Of a stretch of DNA of 64,000 bases, positions 9,907 to 19,249 are shown piece by piece. How positions within the stretch are numbered: the stretch's first letter is position 1; each line of letters starts with the position of its first letter. Source of the DNA: Promethearchaeota archaeon (lineage in GTDB: Archaea; Asgardarchaeota; Lokiarchaeia; Sigyniarchaeales; SOKP01); the NCBI GenBank assembly GCA_016839705.1, contig JAEOTR010000053.1, positions 37,878 through 101,877 on the forward strand, written 5' to 3'. Made by a program: the position numbers and the translations under genes. A model generated the notes under the pieces. The model saw only the letters and a list, made by a program, of their open reading frames with translations. It was not told the DNA's origin and did no database searches.

Positions 9907-10974
9907 ATGGAAGAGAAGATTATAGCAGTTACAAGAGGAGATGGGGTAGGGCCCGAAGTTGTTGATGAAGGACTTAAAATTTTAAAATTAATAGCCAAAT
10001 TCACTAATTTTGATTTTAAGTTTAAGGATGCACCCGCAGGGGGAGAAGTATATAAAAAATATGGTAATAATCTTCCTGAACGTTCTTTTGACATAATTAA
10101 AAGTGCTGATGCACTCATATTTGGAGCTGTTGGGCTTCCAGACCTTCCTCCGGGTGTTGCCGAAACAGCTATCCTCAGAATAAGGCAAGAATTAGATTTA
10201 TATGTTAATTTAAGACCTATCAAACTCTATGAACCATTAAGAGACAGATGTCCTCTTAAGGATGAATTTATTGGTAATGGTATTGATATCACCTTCGTTC
10301 GAGAAAACACTGAAGGTTTGTATGCAAATATTGGAAATATTTCTGATGATAAAGCTGAAAATCTCATGATCTATACTAGAAAAGGATGTGAACGTATCAT
10401 CCGATATGCGTATGAATTTGCTAAAACAATGGGACATTCAAAAGTTACTTCAGTAGATAAGGCAAATATTCTAAAACCAAGTCAATTATGGCGTAAAATA
10501 TTTCACGAAATAGGCATAGAGTATCCAAATCTTCAAAAGGAAGATTTTTATATTGATGCCTTCTGTCAATGGTTAATTAGAGAACCTGATAAGTTTCAAA
10601 CTGTCGTAACGGGCAATATGTTTGGAGATATAATAAGTGATGAAGGTGCCTTTCTTATTGGAAGTTTAGGAATGGCATCGAGTGGAAATATTCATCCTGG
10701 AAAAATATCTATGTATGAACCGATACATGGCTCTGCCCCAGATATCTCAGGTAAGGGAATAGCAAATCCTATTGGAGCTATTCTTAGTGTCAAACTAATG
10801 ATGCAAGAATCATTTCAATCTCCTGCTATTGCAAAAGAAATTGAATTATCCGTTGAGGAGTCCCTTAAAGAAGGCAGGACCATTGATCTTCAAAATCCTG
10901 ATATTAAAAACCTCACAACAAAAGAGATGGGAGATTTAATAGCAGAAAAATTAAAATTAAGATTAAAAACATAA
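9907..10974 (+). CDS. leuB: 3-isopropylmalate dehydrogenase (IPMDH/IDH family)
   Basis: GDGVGPEV, NLRP, VRENTEGLY, DKANI, NMFGDIISD, EPIHGSAPDI. Confidence 0.82.
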   Translation: MEEKIIAVTRGDGVGPEVVDEGLKILKLIAKFTNFDFKFKDAPAGGEVYKKYGNNLPERSFDIIKSADALIFGAVGLPDLPPGVAETAILRIRQELDLYVNLRPIKLYEPLRDRCPLKDEFIGNGIDITFVRENTEGLYANIGNISDDKAENLMIYTRKGCERIIRYAYEFAKTMGHSKVTSVDKANILKPSQLWRKIFHEIGIEYPNLQKEDFYIDAFCQWLIREPDKFQTVVTGNMFGDIISDEGAFLIGSLGMASSGNIHPGKISMYEPIHGSAPDISGKGIANPIGAILSVKLMMQESFQSPAIAKEIELSVEESLKEGRTIDLQNPDIKNLTTKEMGDLIAEKLKLRLKT

Positions 10975-10985
10975 ATCTGAATATT

Positions 10986-12545
10986 TTAATATTTATCATC
11001 AATAACGGAGAGCATTGACTCTAACTGATCGAATATATCTAAACGAAAAGCTGTTCCGATTCTAAAGAAGAAGAGATCAATTGTTCTATTCTCAAGTTGA
11101 TCATCCACGTTCAATTCCTCTAATATTTGAGACCAACTCGTACTTTCTGTTGCTCTTATTCCAATTAATACAACTCCCTTATCTTTAGAGTTTTCAATGA
11201 TTTTAATAATAATCTCTTTCCATTGGGGGTCAACATGTTCTTTGTCTCTTGCATCAAAGATACAAAATACTCCATCAGAACTCGAGACATCGTCAGCTGC
11301 AGAATAAACATGCTGTTTTGTAATTAGACCATTTGGATATTGGTAAACTTGTTCATCCTCATAATCTCTTACTAATGTTTGATCTCCTAATTTCTTTATA
11401 TCACCAATAATTTGAAGTCCTGGACTCCACATTGTGTTATCTGCAACAAACGAAAGGGTAAAGACAATTTTTTTCTTTATAATAGAGGATATTTTTTCAT
11501 ATAATAGTTCACTGCGTCTTTCATCTTCGATTTCTTTGCTCTTCATTACGTAATGAAATGAAATCAAATTGAAAGCATCCTCTATATTCTCTCCGGTCAA
11601 TGCGCTTGTTTCGATATAAGATAACTTTATTATTTCTTTGTCAGATATTTTATTTGCTTGCTTTACTCCTTCTTGATAAAAGACTTGCCGTTCTTCACTC
11701 AAGTCTGATTTATTGCCAACTAATACAATGGGGATTTCCTCATCGGTTGTAAACTCCTTTAGTTCGCGGTACCAGTTCAATACGTTATTAAATGACTCGC
11801 GCTTTGATAGATCAAAAACAATAAATGCTGCTTGAGCCCCTGAATAATAGACTTTTCGAAAACGACGAAAAAACTTTTGAGCTCCCAAGTCATATAATGT
11901 TACACCAATTTCGTTCCCAAAAAATTCAAAGTTGTGAGTTAAAATATTAAGCCCTATAGTTGCCCTGTAATCTTCTGAAAACTTTTTTTCGACAAACCTA
12001 CGAATAATAGAAGTTTTTCCAACTTCATGATCACCCAAAATAACGAATTTAAAACGGTATTCCCCTTTAGTTGTTAAATCCATTTGATATAGTTGATTTT
12101 TCAACCGATCCACATTTTCTACCTCAAATTCGAAATTAGGGACGGATAATTGGATCAAATCGCCTTCTTCAGCTGATAAAATCTGAGCAGTTTTCTCGGC
12201 GAGAAATAATCCATAAGGGGAGAGTTTCTCAGGTGAAGCCATATGGTTTAATACTAAACTTAAGATGCGCTCTTCGTCAACTGATATAAACAATAAACGG
12301 TGATCTTCTGTATCAAAACTGGTATTCCCAAATTTTTTGAATGAAAATTCGTTTCTCATTCTCTCCAAAACAGGATTTACAATAGAAGTTAAGACAGAAA
12401 CAAGTTCGATGTCAACGTCTTTCCTCTTCTCACCTGCAATTATAAGACCTTCACTGTCTGAAACAATGACAGCTTCAACCTCCATATTAATCTCCAGAAA
12501 CTTATTAAACAATTCAGTAAAAAATTTATTTTTTCTTAAGACCAA
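10986..12545 (-). CDS. Roadblock/LC7 + Rab-like small GTPase + degenerate C-terminal G-like domain (paralog 1)
   Basis: N-terminal VEAVIVSDSEGLIIA (roadblock); G1 GDHEVGKT, G2 ATIG, G3 DLGAQ, G4 NKSD, G5 ETSAL. Confidence 0.88.
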   Translation of the reverse strand: MVLRKNKFFTELFNKFLEINMEVEAVIVSDSEGLIIAGEKRKDVDIELVSVLTSIVNPVLERMRNEFSFKKFGNTSFDTEDHRLLFISVDEERILSLVLNHMASPEKLSPYGLFLAEKTAQILSAEEGDLIQLSVPNFEFEVENVDRLKNQLYQMDLTTKGEYRFKFVILGDHEVGKTSIIRRFVEKKFSEDYRATIGLNILTHNFEFFGNEIGVTLYDLGAQKFFRRFRKVYYSGAQAAFIVFDLSKRESFNNVLNWYRELKEFTTDEEIPIVLVGNKSDLSEERQVFYQEGVKQANKISDKEIIKLSYIETSALTGENIEDAFNLISFHYVMKSKEIEDERRSELLYEKISSIIKKKIVFTLSFVADNTMWSPGLQIIGDIKKLGDQTLVRDYEDEQVYQYPNGLITKQHVYSAADDVSSSDGVFCIFDARDKEHVDPQWKEIIIKIIENSKDKGVVLIGIRATESTSWSQILEELNVDDQLENRTIDLFFFRIGTAFRLDIFDQLESMLSVIDDKY

Positions 12546-12693
12546 GTATCCTTTACCCCAATTATTTATATCTATATTATGAATTTACTTACTATTATTT
12601 GTTGTTGTTATTAAATTATAAAACATATTTAACTAGTTAATGAACTCTCAAAAAATTATTCCTATAGAAGTACAGTAAACTAAGATATTCGAG

Positions 12694-14280
12694 CTATAGA
12701 TATCTTATTGTATTTAACATAACCTTGAGCTGATCATAAATTTCCAATCTATATTCAACCCCTAATTTGAAAAACAATAAAGATATCATTTTCTCTTCTA
12801 ATAATTCATTTACGTCAAATTCTTCCATTATCAGAGACCAATCACTTTCATCAGAGACGCGAATGCCAATTAATACTACTTTATTTTCTTTCATCTCATT
12901 TATGGTTTTTATAACAACATCTCGCCATGCTGGATCGACATGATCCTTATAACGAGCATCAAAGATACAAAACACGCCGTCAGCATCAGACACTTCAAAA
13001 TTGTGATAAAGATAATTTTTTAGAGTAACCCCATTTGAAAATCTGTATAATTTCTCGTCTCTCTCATCTTTAAGTTTCTTACAATCTTCTAAACCGTTGA
13101 TCTCAGCCAAAATCTGTAGTCCAGGACTCCAAAATTCATTTTCAGAGATTATTGTTAAAGTTAAAAGAGTATCCATAGGTACACCGATTATTTTCTTTTC
13201 CTTCAAGATATTATTTAACTCGTTCACTAAATCCTGTTTGACAATCTCTTCCTCTTCCTCTTTACTTTTCGATATATAGTGATATGCAATTAAAGTAAAC
13301 GCGTCCTCAACATTTTCACCTGTTAGCGCACTCGTTTCAATATAGGATATTGCTATGTTTGGCTTATTCAGTAATTCATTTACTACTTGTACACCATCTT
13401 CATAACTAACTTCTCTCTGATCTCGTAGATCACTTTTATTTCCAATGATAATTATTGGTATTTCTCTTCCCCCAATAAAATCCTCTAATTCTTTATACCA
13501 TTCTTTTAAACTTTCAAAAGATTTTCTATTCGTGAGATCAAATACTATAAATGCTGCTTGTGCACCTAAGTAATAGGTTTGTCGAAATCTTCGGAAAAAT
13601 GTTTGAGCCCCAACATCCCACAGACTATAGACGATATTATTGCCATAAAAGTCATAAGAATGACTTAGAATATTTAATCCTATTGTTGCACGATAGTCGT
13701 GAGAAAATCTATTTTCTACAAATCGTCTAACTAGACTTGTTTTTCCTACTTCATGATCGCCTATTATTATAAATTTGAATCGATATAACCCTCCCTGATC
13801 TAATCGCAATTGATATATTTGGTTTTTTACTCTTTCATTGTAAGCGGTTTCATCTGTTTCATACTCAAAATTAGGAATATTTAGCTGAATACTATCACCT
13901 TCTTCAGCATTTAAAATTTGTACTGATTTTTCTGCGAGTAAATATGCATAAGGAGATGCTTTATCAACTGATGCTAAATTATTTAGTACAAGGCTCAAAG
14001 TTCTACTTTCATCTAAAGAAATAAATAACAGTCTATAAAATTCTGTATCAAAGCTAGCTGTTCCAAATTTTTTGAAAGCAAACTCATCACGTATCCTTTC
14101 TACGATTGGATTTATTATTGATGTTAAGACTGAGACAATTTCTATATCCACGTCACTTCTTTTTTCACCTGCTATGACTAAACCAAGCCGATCACTCACG
14201 ATCACCGCCTCTACATCGTCATTTATTAGCAAAAATTGATTAAAAAGTTCCGTGAAGAGTTTAGTTCGATTTATCAACAA
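12694..14280 (-). CDS. Roadblock/LC7 + Rab-like small GTPase + degenerate C-terminal G-like domain (paralog 2)
   Basis: VEAVIVSDRLGLVIA; GDHEVGKT, ATIG, WDVGAQ, GNKSD, ETSAL; collinear with the neighbouring paralog over its full length. Confidence 0.88.
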   Translation of the reverse strand: MLINRTKLFTELFNQFLLINDDVEAVIVSDRLGLVIAGEKRSDVDIEIVSVLTSIINPIVERIRDEFAFKKFGTASFDTEFYRLLFISLDESRTLSLVLNNLASVDKASPYAYLLAEKSVQILNAEEGDSIQLNIPNFEYETDETAYNERVKNQIYQLRLDQGGLYRFKFIIIGDHEVGKTSLVRRFVENRFSHDYRATIGLNILSHSYDFYGNNIVYSLWDVGAQTFFRRFRQTYYLGAQAAFIVFDLTNRKSFESLKEWYKELEDFIGGREIPIIIIGNKSDLRDQREVSYEDGVQVVNELLNKPNIAISYIETSALTGENVEDAFTLIAYHYISKSKEEEEEIVKQDLVNELNNILKEKKIIGVPMDTLLTLTIISENEFWSPGLQILAEINGLEDCKKLKDERDEKLYRFSNGVTLKNYLYHNFEVSDADGVFCIFDARYKDHVDPAWRDVVIKTINEMKENKVVLIGIRVSDESDWSLIMEEFDVNELLEEKMISLLFFKLGVEYRLEIYDQLKVMLNTIRYL

Positions 14281-14462
14281 GACTTATGTAACCCTTTATT
14301 TATAATATAGTTAAGATAACAATAACCGAAGTTTTATTTATTATTTATTAAATCGAAATTTTGTAAAAGCAATACTTTTAAGTTCTTAGCCTATAATTTT
14401 AATATAAAAAAACCTATTACTTGTAAAATTTAATTATTTAGGAAGTTATTAGTGGATATATT

Positions 14463-15044
14463 ATGCCTACTTGCATTGTTTGTCATTTAGAGATAGAAGA
14501 AAATCCAAACACTCTTTTCAAGTGCACTAATGAACATCCAATTCACAGGAAATGCTTAGCTGAATGGTTATTGCATTCACAAAATTGTCCATTATGTACT
14601 GAACCCTATTCGCAGAATGTTCTCAATCAGTTTGAAGATGAGCTTGAACAAAAAGAGCAAGAAAAGCAGGCTGCGATAGACGCTGAAAAAAAGAAAGAGG
14701 ATTTTAGAAAAGTTGAAGAATTAGCAAATAGAATTATTTTCTTAAAAGAAATTGAAGAAATTGAACAATTAATTGATGATAACCAATATGAGGACGCAAT
14801 AGAAAAACTCTTAGTATTATATAATGAAGGCTCTTATGATGTAAACGACCAAAAGGTGCTGTTTCTTTTAGGAAAAGCGAATTTTTTGAAAGGACGATTT
14901 GACCTTACGATAAATTTCTTATTCAAACTCGTTAAGCTTAATTTTGAGTATCCTGATGGATTCTTATACCTTGGAAAAGCCTATGAAAAGCTTGGATTGC
15001 CCGATAAAGCGAAATGGGCTTTTGATAGAGCTAAAATAGAATAG
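14463..15044 (+). CDS. RING-H2 zinc finger + coiled coil + TPR protein (putative E3 ligase)
   Basis: CIVC-x12-C-x3-H-x2-H-x2-C-x3-W-x6-CPLC; C-terminal TPR-like LGKANFLKG and YLGKAYEKLG...A. Confidence 0.85.
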   Translation: MPTCIVCHLEIEENPNTLFKCTNEHPIHRKCLAEWLLHSQNCPLCTEPYSQNVLNQFEDELEQKEQEKQAAIDAEKKKEDFRKVEELANRIIFLKEIEEIEQLIDDNQYEDAIEKLLVLYNEGSYDVNDQKVLFLLGKANFLKGRFDLTINFLFKLVKLNFEYPDGFLYLGKAYEKLGLPDKAKWAFDRAKIE

Positions 15045-15063
15045 ATATTTTATAAAAATTTAT

Positions 15064-15891
15064 TTATTTTACTTTTACTAAACTAAGATCGACTTCCACT
15101 AATTCTCCCTGTGAATGGTCTGTAGGTCCATGTCCCTTACCAATTCTTAGACCCTCTGCTTTTTGGATCGCTGCAGTTAAATAGGCTTTTGCTATATGAA
15201 CTGCTGATTTTATATCGTTTCCTTTGGCTAATTCAGCTGCGATTGCAGATGCAAAAGTACAGCCTGTACCATGAGTGTTTTTGGTTCTAATACGTGGAGC
15301 ATGATACTCTATGAAATTCCTTCCATCATATAGTAAATCAATGGCATTTTTAATATCGGGTAAATGACCACCTTTAATCACAACGTTTTGGGCACCTTGA
15401 TTATGAATTTTTAGAGCCGCTTCACGGGCATCTGTTAAATTTTCAATGTTTAAATTTGTTAATGCTTGAGCTTCATAGTGATTTGGCGTTATAACATATG
15501 CAATTGAAACGAGTTCTGAAATTAATGCTTCAATGGCATCAGGTTTCAATAAATAATCTCCACTTTTAGCAACCATTACAGGATCTATTACTAATAATTC
15601 AATATTGTATTTACGAGCTCTATCAGCTACTATTCGAATTATCTCTGTATTTGCTAGCATCCCTGTTTTCCATGCATCTGCACCAATATCTATCATTACT
15701 GAATCAATTTGCTCCCCAACAAAACCAGGATCTATTTCAAAAACACTCTGAACACCCATAGTATTTTGTGCTGTAAGTGCTGTAATTGCGCTCATTCCAT
15801 AAACCCCCCGGGCAGAAAAAGTTTTTAAATCTGCTTGAATTCCAGCTCCACCACCAGAATCAGATCCCGCAATAGTGAGTACTTTTTTCAT
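15064..15891 (-). CDS. thiD: Hydroxymethylpyrimidine/phosphomethylpyrimidine kinase
   Basis: TIAGSDSGGGAGIQAD, TAQNT, DPVM, HGTGCT; start reset to ATG 15891 because the ORF-track N-terminal extension is not ThiD-like. Confidence 0.95.
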   Translation of the reverse strand: MKKVLTIAGSDSGGGAGIQADLKTFSARGVYGMSAITALTAQNTMGVQSVFEIDPGFVGEQIDSVMIDIGADAWKTGMLANTEIIRIVADRARKYNIELLVIDPVMVAKSGDYLLKPDAIEALISELVSIAYVITPNHYEAQALTNLNIENLTDAREAALKIHNQGAQNVVIKGGHLPDIKNAIDLLYDGRNFIEYHAPRIRTKNTHGTGCTFASAIAAELAKGNDIKSAVHIAKAYLTAAIQKAEGLRIGKGHGPTDHSQGELVEVDLSLVKVK

Positions 15892-16005
15892 TTTCCTTAG
15901 TAAATTATACCTTAATTTTATAAAAAATTTCTTATACTCTTTGTGAAATGCAAGGAAAAACCCCCGTTTTATCAAAATTTAGAGTGTTATTTTGAAGTTT
16001 ACAAA

Positions 16006-16039
16006 TTTCTGAACAGATTGTTTCCGTACTGTTCAGAAA
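16006..16039. promoter_or_regulatory. Inverted repeat TTTCTGAACAG-N12-CTGTTCAGAAA, candidate operator
   Basis: Perfect 11-bp arms in the divergent thiD / beta-helix gene intergenic region. Confidence 0.55.
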
Positions 16040-16128
16040 ATAGAATTTTAAAATAGAAGGAATAATTGTATTATGAGAAAATAATTATTTGAAAATTATC
16101 TAAAAGTAAATATTTTGGAGAAACTTGT

Positions 16129-17316
16129 ATGAAATCAAATACAAAATCAAAAATGATAATTTTAATCACTTTTGGAATCCTTTTCGCTATCGTACTAATG
16201 ATTATCGTTAATCCAAGCTTTATTACAGGCAATACCAAGGTAATTACTTTTGATAAGGAAAAACTAAAAATTTCAGCTGTATCAGGAAAAATTCATATAA
16301 TCAATAATTCTGGTTGGGTTGATTTTAGAAATGCTGGAAATTGTACGGGAAGTGGCACTTATTCTGACCCCTATGTTATAGAAGATTTGGTAATAGATGG
16401 TGGCAGTTCTGGAAATTCTATTTTAATTGAAAATTCCAATGTGTATTTTAAAATCGAAAATTGTACCCTCTATAATGCGGAATGGGGATCAGATGCTGGA
16501 ATCGGATTATTGAATGTTAATAATTCCCAATTAATTGGTAATGATTGTTCATATAGTCAGGTGGGGATAGTATTAGGCGATGGTAGGGATTATGGTGGGG
16601 GTTGTGATAACAACACAATAACTGGAAATATCGTAAATAACAACCGAGGGGGGATGTATTTATTTGATAGTTATAATAATACCATCTCGGGCAACACTGC
16701 AAATAACAATACATGGAGTGGGATATATTTAGTAGGCAGTAATTCCACTGTCGTTTCGGGAAACACTATGAATGATAATAACATGTGTGGGATAAATATA
16801 GGATGGGGTTATAATAACCTTATTGTCTCGGGAAACACTATGAACGATAATAACATGCAAGGGTTATGGATGGACGAAAGTTTTAACAATACCATCTCGG
16901 GAAATATTATGAATAACAATAATTTGAGTGGGATATGCTTAATAGATAGTAATTATAACATCATCTCGGGAAACACCGCAATTTATAATAAGGAATGTGG
17001 GATAGTCCTTTTCCACGGCAATTATAACACCATTTCAGGTAACACCGCAAATTACAACCAGTGGGGGATAGTTCTTTACAATACCGGTTATAACATCGTT
17101 TCAGGAAATAATTTAATAGGAAATGATGAATGCATTGTTGAAGTAGATTGTCAAGGGAATGTAATTCAGGATAATGATTGTACACTTACGCCATCATTAA
17201 ATTACTTTCCAATTATTCTCACTATAAGTATCCCAATCGTTGCAGTTTCTGTTTTTATAATATATCAAAATCGAAAAAGATTTAGAAAACCTCAAGAAGA
17301 CTTAGAGTTCTTATGA
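16129..17316 (+). CDS. NosD/CASH-like parallel beta-helix surface protein with N-terminal signal/anchor and C-terminal TM
   Basis: GSGT..DPYVIE start motif; repeated NNTISGN...NN..GI.L units; hydrophobic N- and C-terminal segments, basic tail. Confidence 0.88.
   Translation: MKSNTKSKMIILITFGILFAIVLMIIVNPSFITGNTKVITFDKEKLKISAVSGKIHIINNSGWVDFRNAGNCTGSGTYSDPYVIEDLVIDGGSSGNSILIENSNVYFKIENCTLYNAEWGSDAGIGLLNVNNSQLIGNDCSYSQVGIVLGDGRDYGGGCDNNTITGNIVNNNRGGMYLFDSYNNTISGNTANNNTWSGIYLVGSNSTVVSGNTMNDNNMCGINIGWGYNNLIVSGNTMNDNNMQGLWMDESFNNTISGNIMNNNNLSGICLIDSNYNIISGNTAIYNKECGIVLFHGNYNTISGNTANYNQWGIVLYNTGYNIVSGNNLIGNDECIVEVDCQGNVIQDNDCTLTPSLNYFPIILTISIPIVAVSVFIIYQNRKRFRKPQEDLEFL
16600..17120 (+). repeat. 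Intragenic tandem repeats of about 66-72 bp (22-24 aa beta-helix coils)
   Basis: Recurring ATCTCGGGAAACAC-like cores near 16681, 16750, 16822, 16891, 16960, 17029, 17095. Confidence 0.8.
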
Positions 17317-17876
17317 CACCAAGAAGCAGAAAGTATAAAAGCGAAAGTCTCGCAATAAAATCTATATCCTCGAAATCAAAAAATGAAACCTTATCTGCAA
17401 TGTCAGATCCTGAAGTAAAATCAAATGATCTAAAGGATAATAAAAAAAAAGTATTGCAAGGGAAGACTCTCCAAGTCTATTGGTATATTTTAACTCATCA
17501 TAGCGCGGGAGTAAGGGAAATTCAGAACGCATTAAAAATGGTGTCTTCTGGAACGGTAGCTTATCAATTAGACAAACTATTGAAGGCAGGGATTATTTCA
17601 AAAAACAATGAAGATGGAAAATATTATGTGAAGAAAAGTGTAAAAAAAGGTGTATTAGGTTTTTATTTTCGCTTCGGTCCTCTTATGATTCCTCGATATT
17701 CTTTATATTTAGTTGTTAACATTCTGGGTGTTGTCGGATATGTATTTCTTGCATGGACTTATGGTGACATGTTTATTACCAATCCTGCGAGTCTACTCTT
17801 TCTGTTTTTTATAATTTTTTGCACTTCTGTATTTATTTATGAATCGATAAAGATTTGGCAAAGAAAACCAACTTGA
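17313..17876 (+). CDS. Winged-helix (ArsR-like) DNA-binding protein with two C-terminal TM helices
   Basis: GKTLQVYWYIL...GVREIQNALK..SSGTVAYQLDKL.KAGII.K...GKYY wHTH; two hydrophobic helices; ATGA overlap with the upstream gene. Confidence 0.82.
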   Translation: MTPRSRKYKSESLAIKSISSKSKNETLSAMSDPEVKSNDLKDNKKKVLQGKTLQVYWYILTHHSAGVREIQNALKMVSSGTVAYQLDKLLKAGIISKNNEDGKYYVKKSVKKGVLGFYFRFGPLMIPRYSLYLVVNILGVVGYVFLAWTYGDMFITNPASLLFLFFIIFCTSVFIYESIKIWQRKPT

Positions 17877-17929
17877 TTAGCATTAAAATTAGTAGTTGAT
17901 ATTTATGAAAATCGGATCGGATTTTCAAC

Positions 17930-19249
17930 CTATAAAGTAGAATTTCTTTTACTTTCTAAAGTATCTTTTAATAGTTTTATCGCACAAAATTCTCCACACA
18001 TACTACATACATCCTCATCATCTTCAGCACAGCCATTTCGGTAATGAATTTCTCTAGCGAGTTCTGGATCAATTGCTTGTTCAATCATACCTTCCCAGTT
18101 AAGATCTTTCCGTGCGAGATCCATTTTATAATCCCAATCTGAAACTCGTTTACCATAACGAGCGATATTAACAGCATGGGCGGCAATTTTAGAGGAGATA
18201 ACACCTCTTTTGACATCCTCCTTAGTAGGTAATCCTAAATGCTCAGAGGGAGTTACATAACACAAATAATCAGCCCCAGCTAAACCAGCAAGTACTCCTC
18301 CTATAGCGCCTACAATATCATCATATCCTGGGGCTATGTCAGTAACCAGCGGACCTAATACATAAAATGGTGCTTCATCGCATAAAGATTTCTGCATTTT
18401 GATATTTCGTTCAACTTCGTTTGCGGGAATATGCCCTGGTCCTTCAACCATGACTTGGACATCTGCAGTCCACGCTCGCTTCACTAATTTAGAAATTTCA
18501 AGCAATTCTTGAACCTGGGCAAAATCAGTAGAATCAAAGATACTTCCCGGTCGCATTCCGTCTCCAAGAGAAAGAGTAAAATCATATTCTTGCGCCATCT
18601 CAAGTAGATAATCATATCTTGTATTGAAAGGATTTTCCACCTCATTTTCTAAGATCCATGATGCTAAGAATGTTCCACCCCGGGATACAACTCCCATTAA
18701 TCTGGGGTGTTTGATCAGATAATTAATAATCTCTTGAGTGACTCCAACGTGAATAGTGAAGAAATCAACACCTTCCTTAGCTTGTTCTTCCACTACGTTG
18801 AACATATCATCTTCATCCATGTGAATGATTGCCCCTTTGTTCTCAAGAGCTCTTAGTGCTGTCTGATAAATAGGAACTGTACCTAATGGAACTTTAACTT
18901 CATCAAGAATCCTTTTTCTAATACTAATAATATCGGCTTCTGTAATACCCGTGCTTAAATCCATCACAGTATCGGCCCCAAATTGAACAGCGATTTTAGC
19001 TTTTTCTATTTCTTCATCGATATTACAATGAGTCTTTGAAGAGCCAACATTAGCATTAATTTTAACTAATAAACCCTTCCCAATTCCTATAGGGAAGTCC
19101 ATTTCTCGTCGATTTGATTTAGGAATAACGATTCTACCTTTCTCAATACCCCGTCTTATGAAATCTAATTCAACTTTTTCATTTTGAGAAACAATCTCCA
19201 TATCTTTAGTAGAATGCCCATTCCTAGCAGTTCTCATTAATGTAGACAA
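17930..19249 (-). CDS. thiC: Phosphomethylpyrimidine synthase
   Basis: KINANVG, GADTVMDLS, GTVPIYQ, SRGG, LGDGMRPG, EGPGH, CSMCGEFC. Confidence 0.96.
   Translation of the reverse strand: MSTLMRTARNGHSTKDMEIVSQNEKVELDFIRRGIEKGRIVIPKSNRREMDFPIGIGKGLLVKINANVGSSKTHCNIDEEIEKAKIAVQFGADTVMDLSTGITEADIISIRKRILDEVKVPLGTVPIYQTALRALENKGAIIHMDEDDMFNVVEEQAKEGVDFFTIHVGVTQEIINYLIKHPRLMGVVSRGGTFLASWILENEVENPFNTRYDYLLEMAQEYDFTLSLGDGMRPGSIFDSTDFAQVQELLEISKLVKRAWTADVQVMVEGPGHIPANEVERNIKMQKSLCDEAPFYVLGPLVTDIAPGYDDIVGAIGGVLAGLAGADYLCYVTPSEHLGLPTKEDVKRGVISSKIAAHAVNIARYGKRVSDWDYKMDLARKDLNWEGMIEQAIDPELAREIHYRNGCAEDDEDVCSMCGEFCAIKLLKDTLESKRNSTL

Noticed and set aside
15892-15975. N-terminal extension of ThiD in the ORF track (similarly 51633..51734 for the MFS)
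   Set aside because: Not homologous to the family or paralog N-terminus; a downstream ATG fits the family start
16600-17120. Periodic DNA repeats that might suggest a CRISPR array or a DGR template/variable pair
   Set aside because: In-frame, degenerate 22-24-codon beta-helix coils; no invariant repeat-spacer structure, no cas or reverse transcriptase gene
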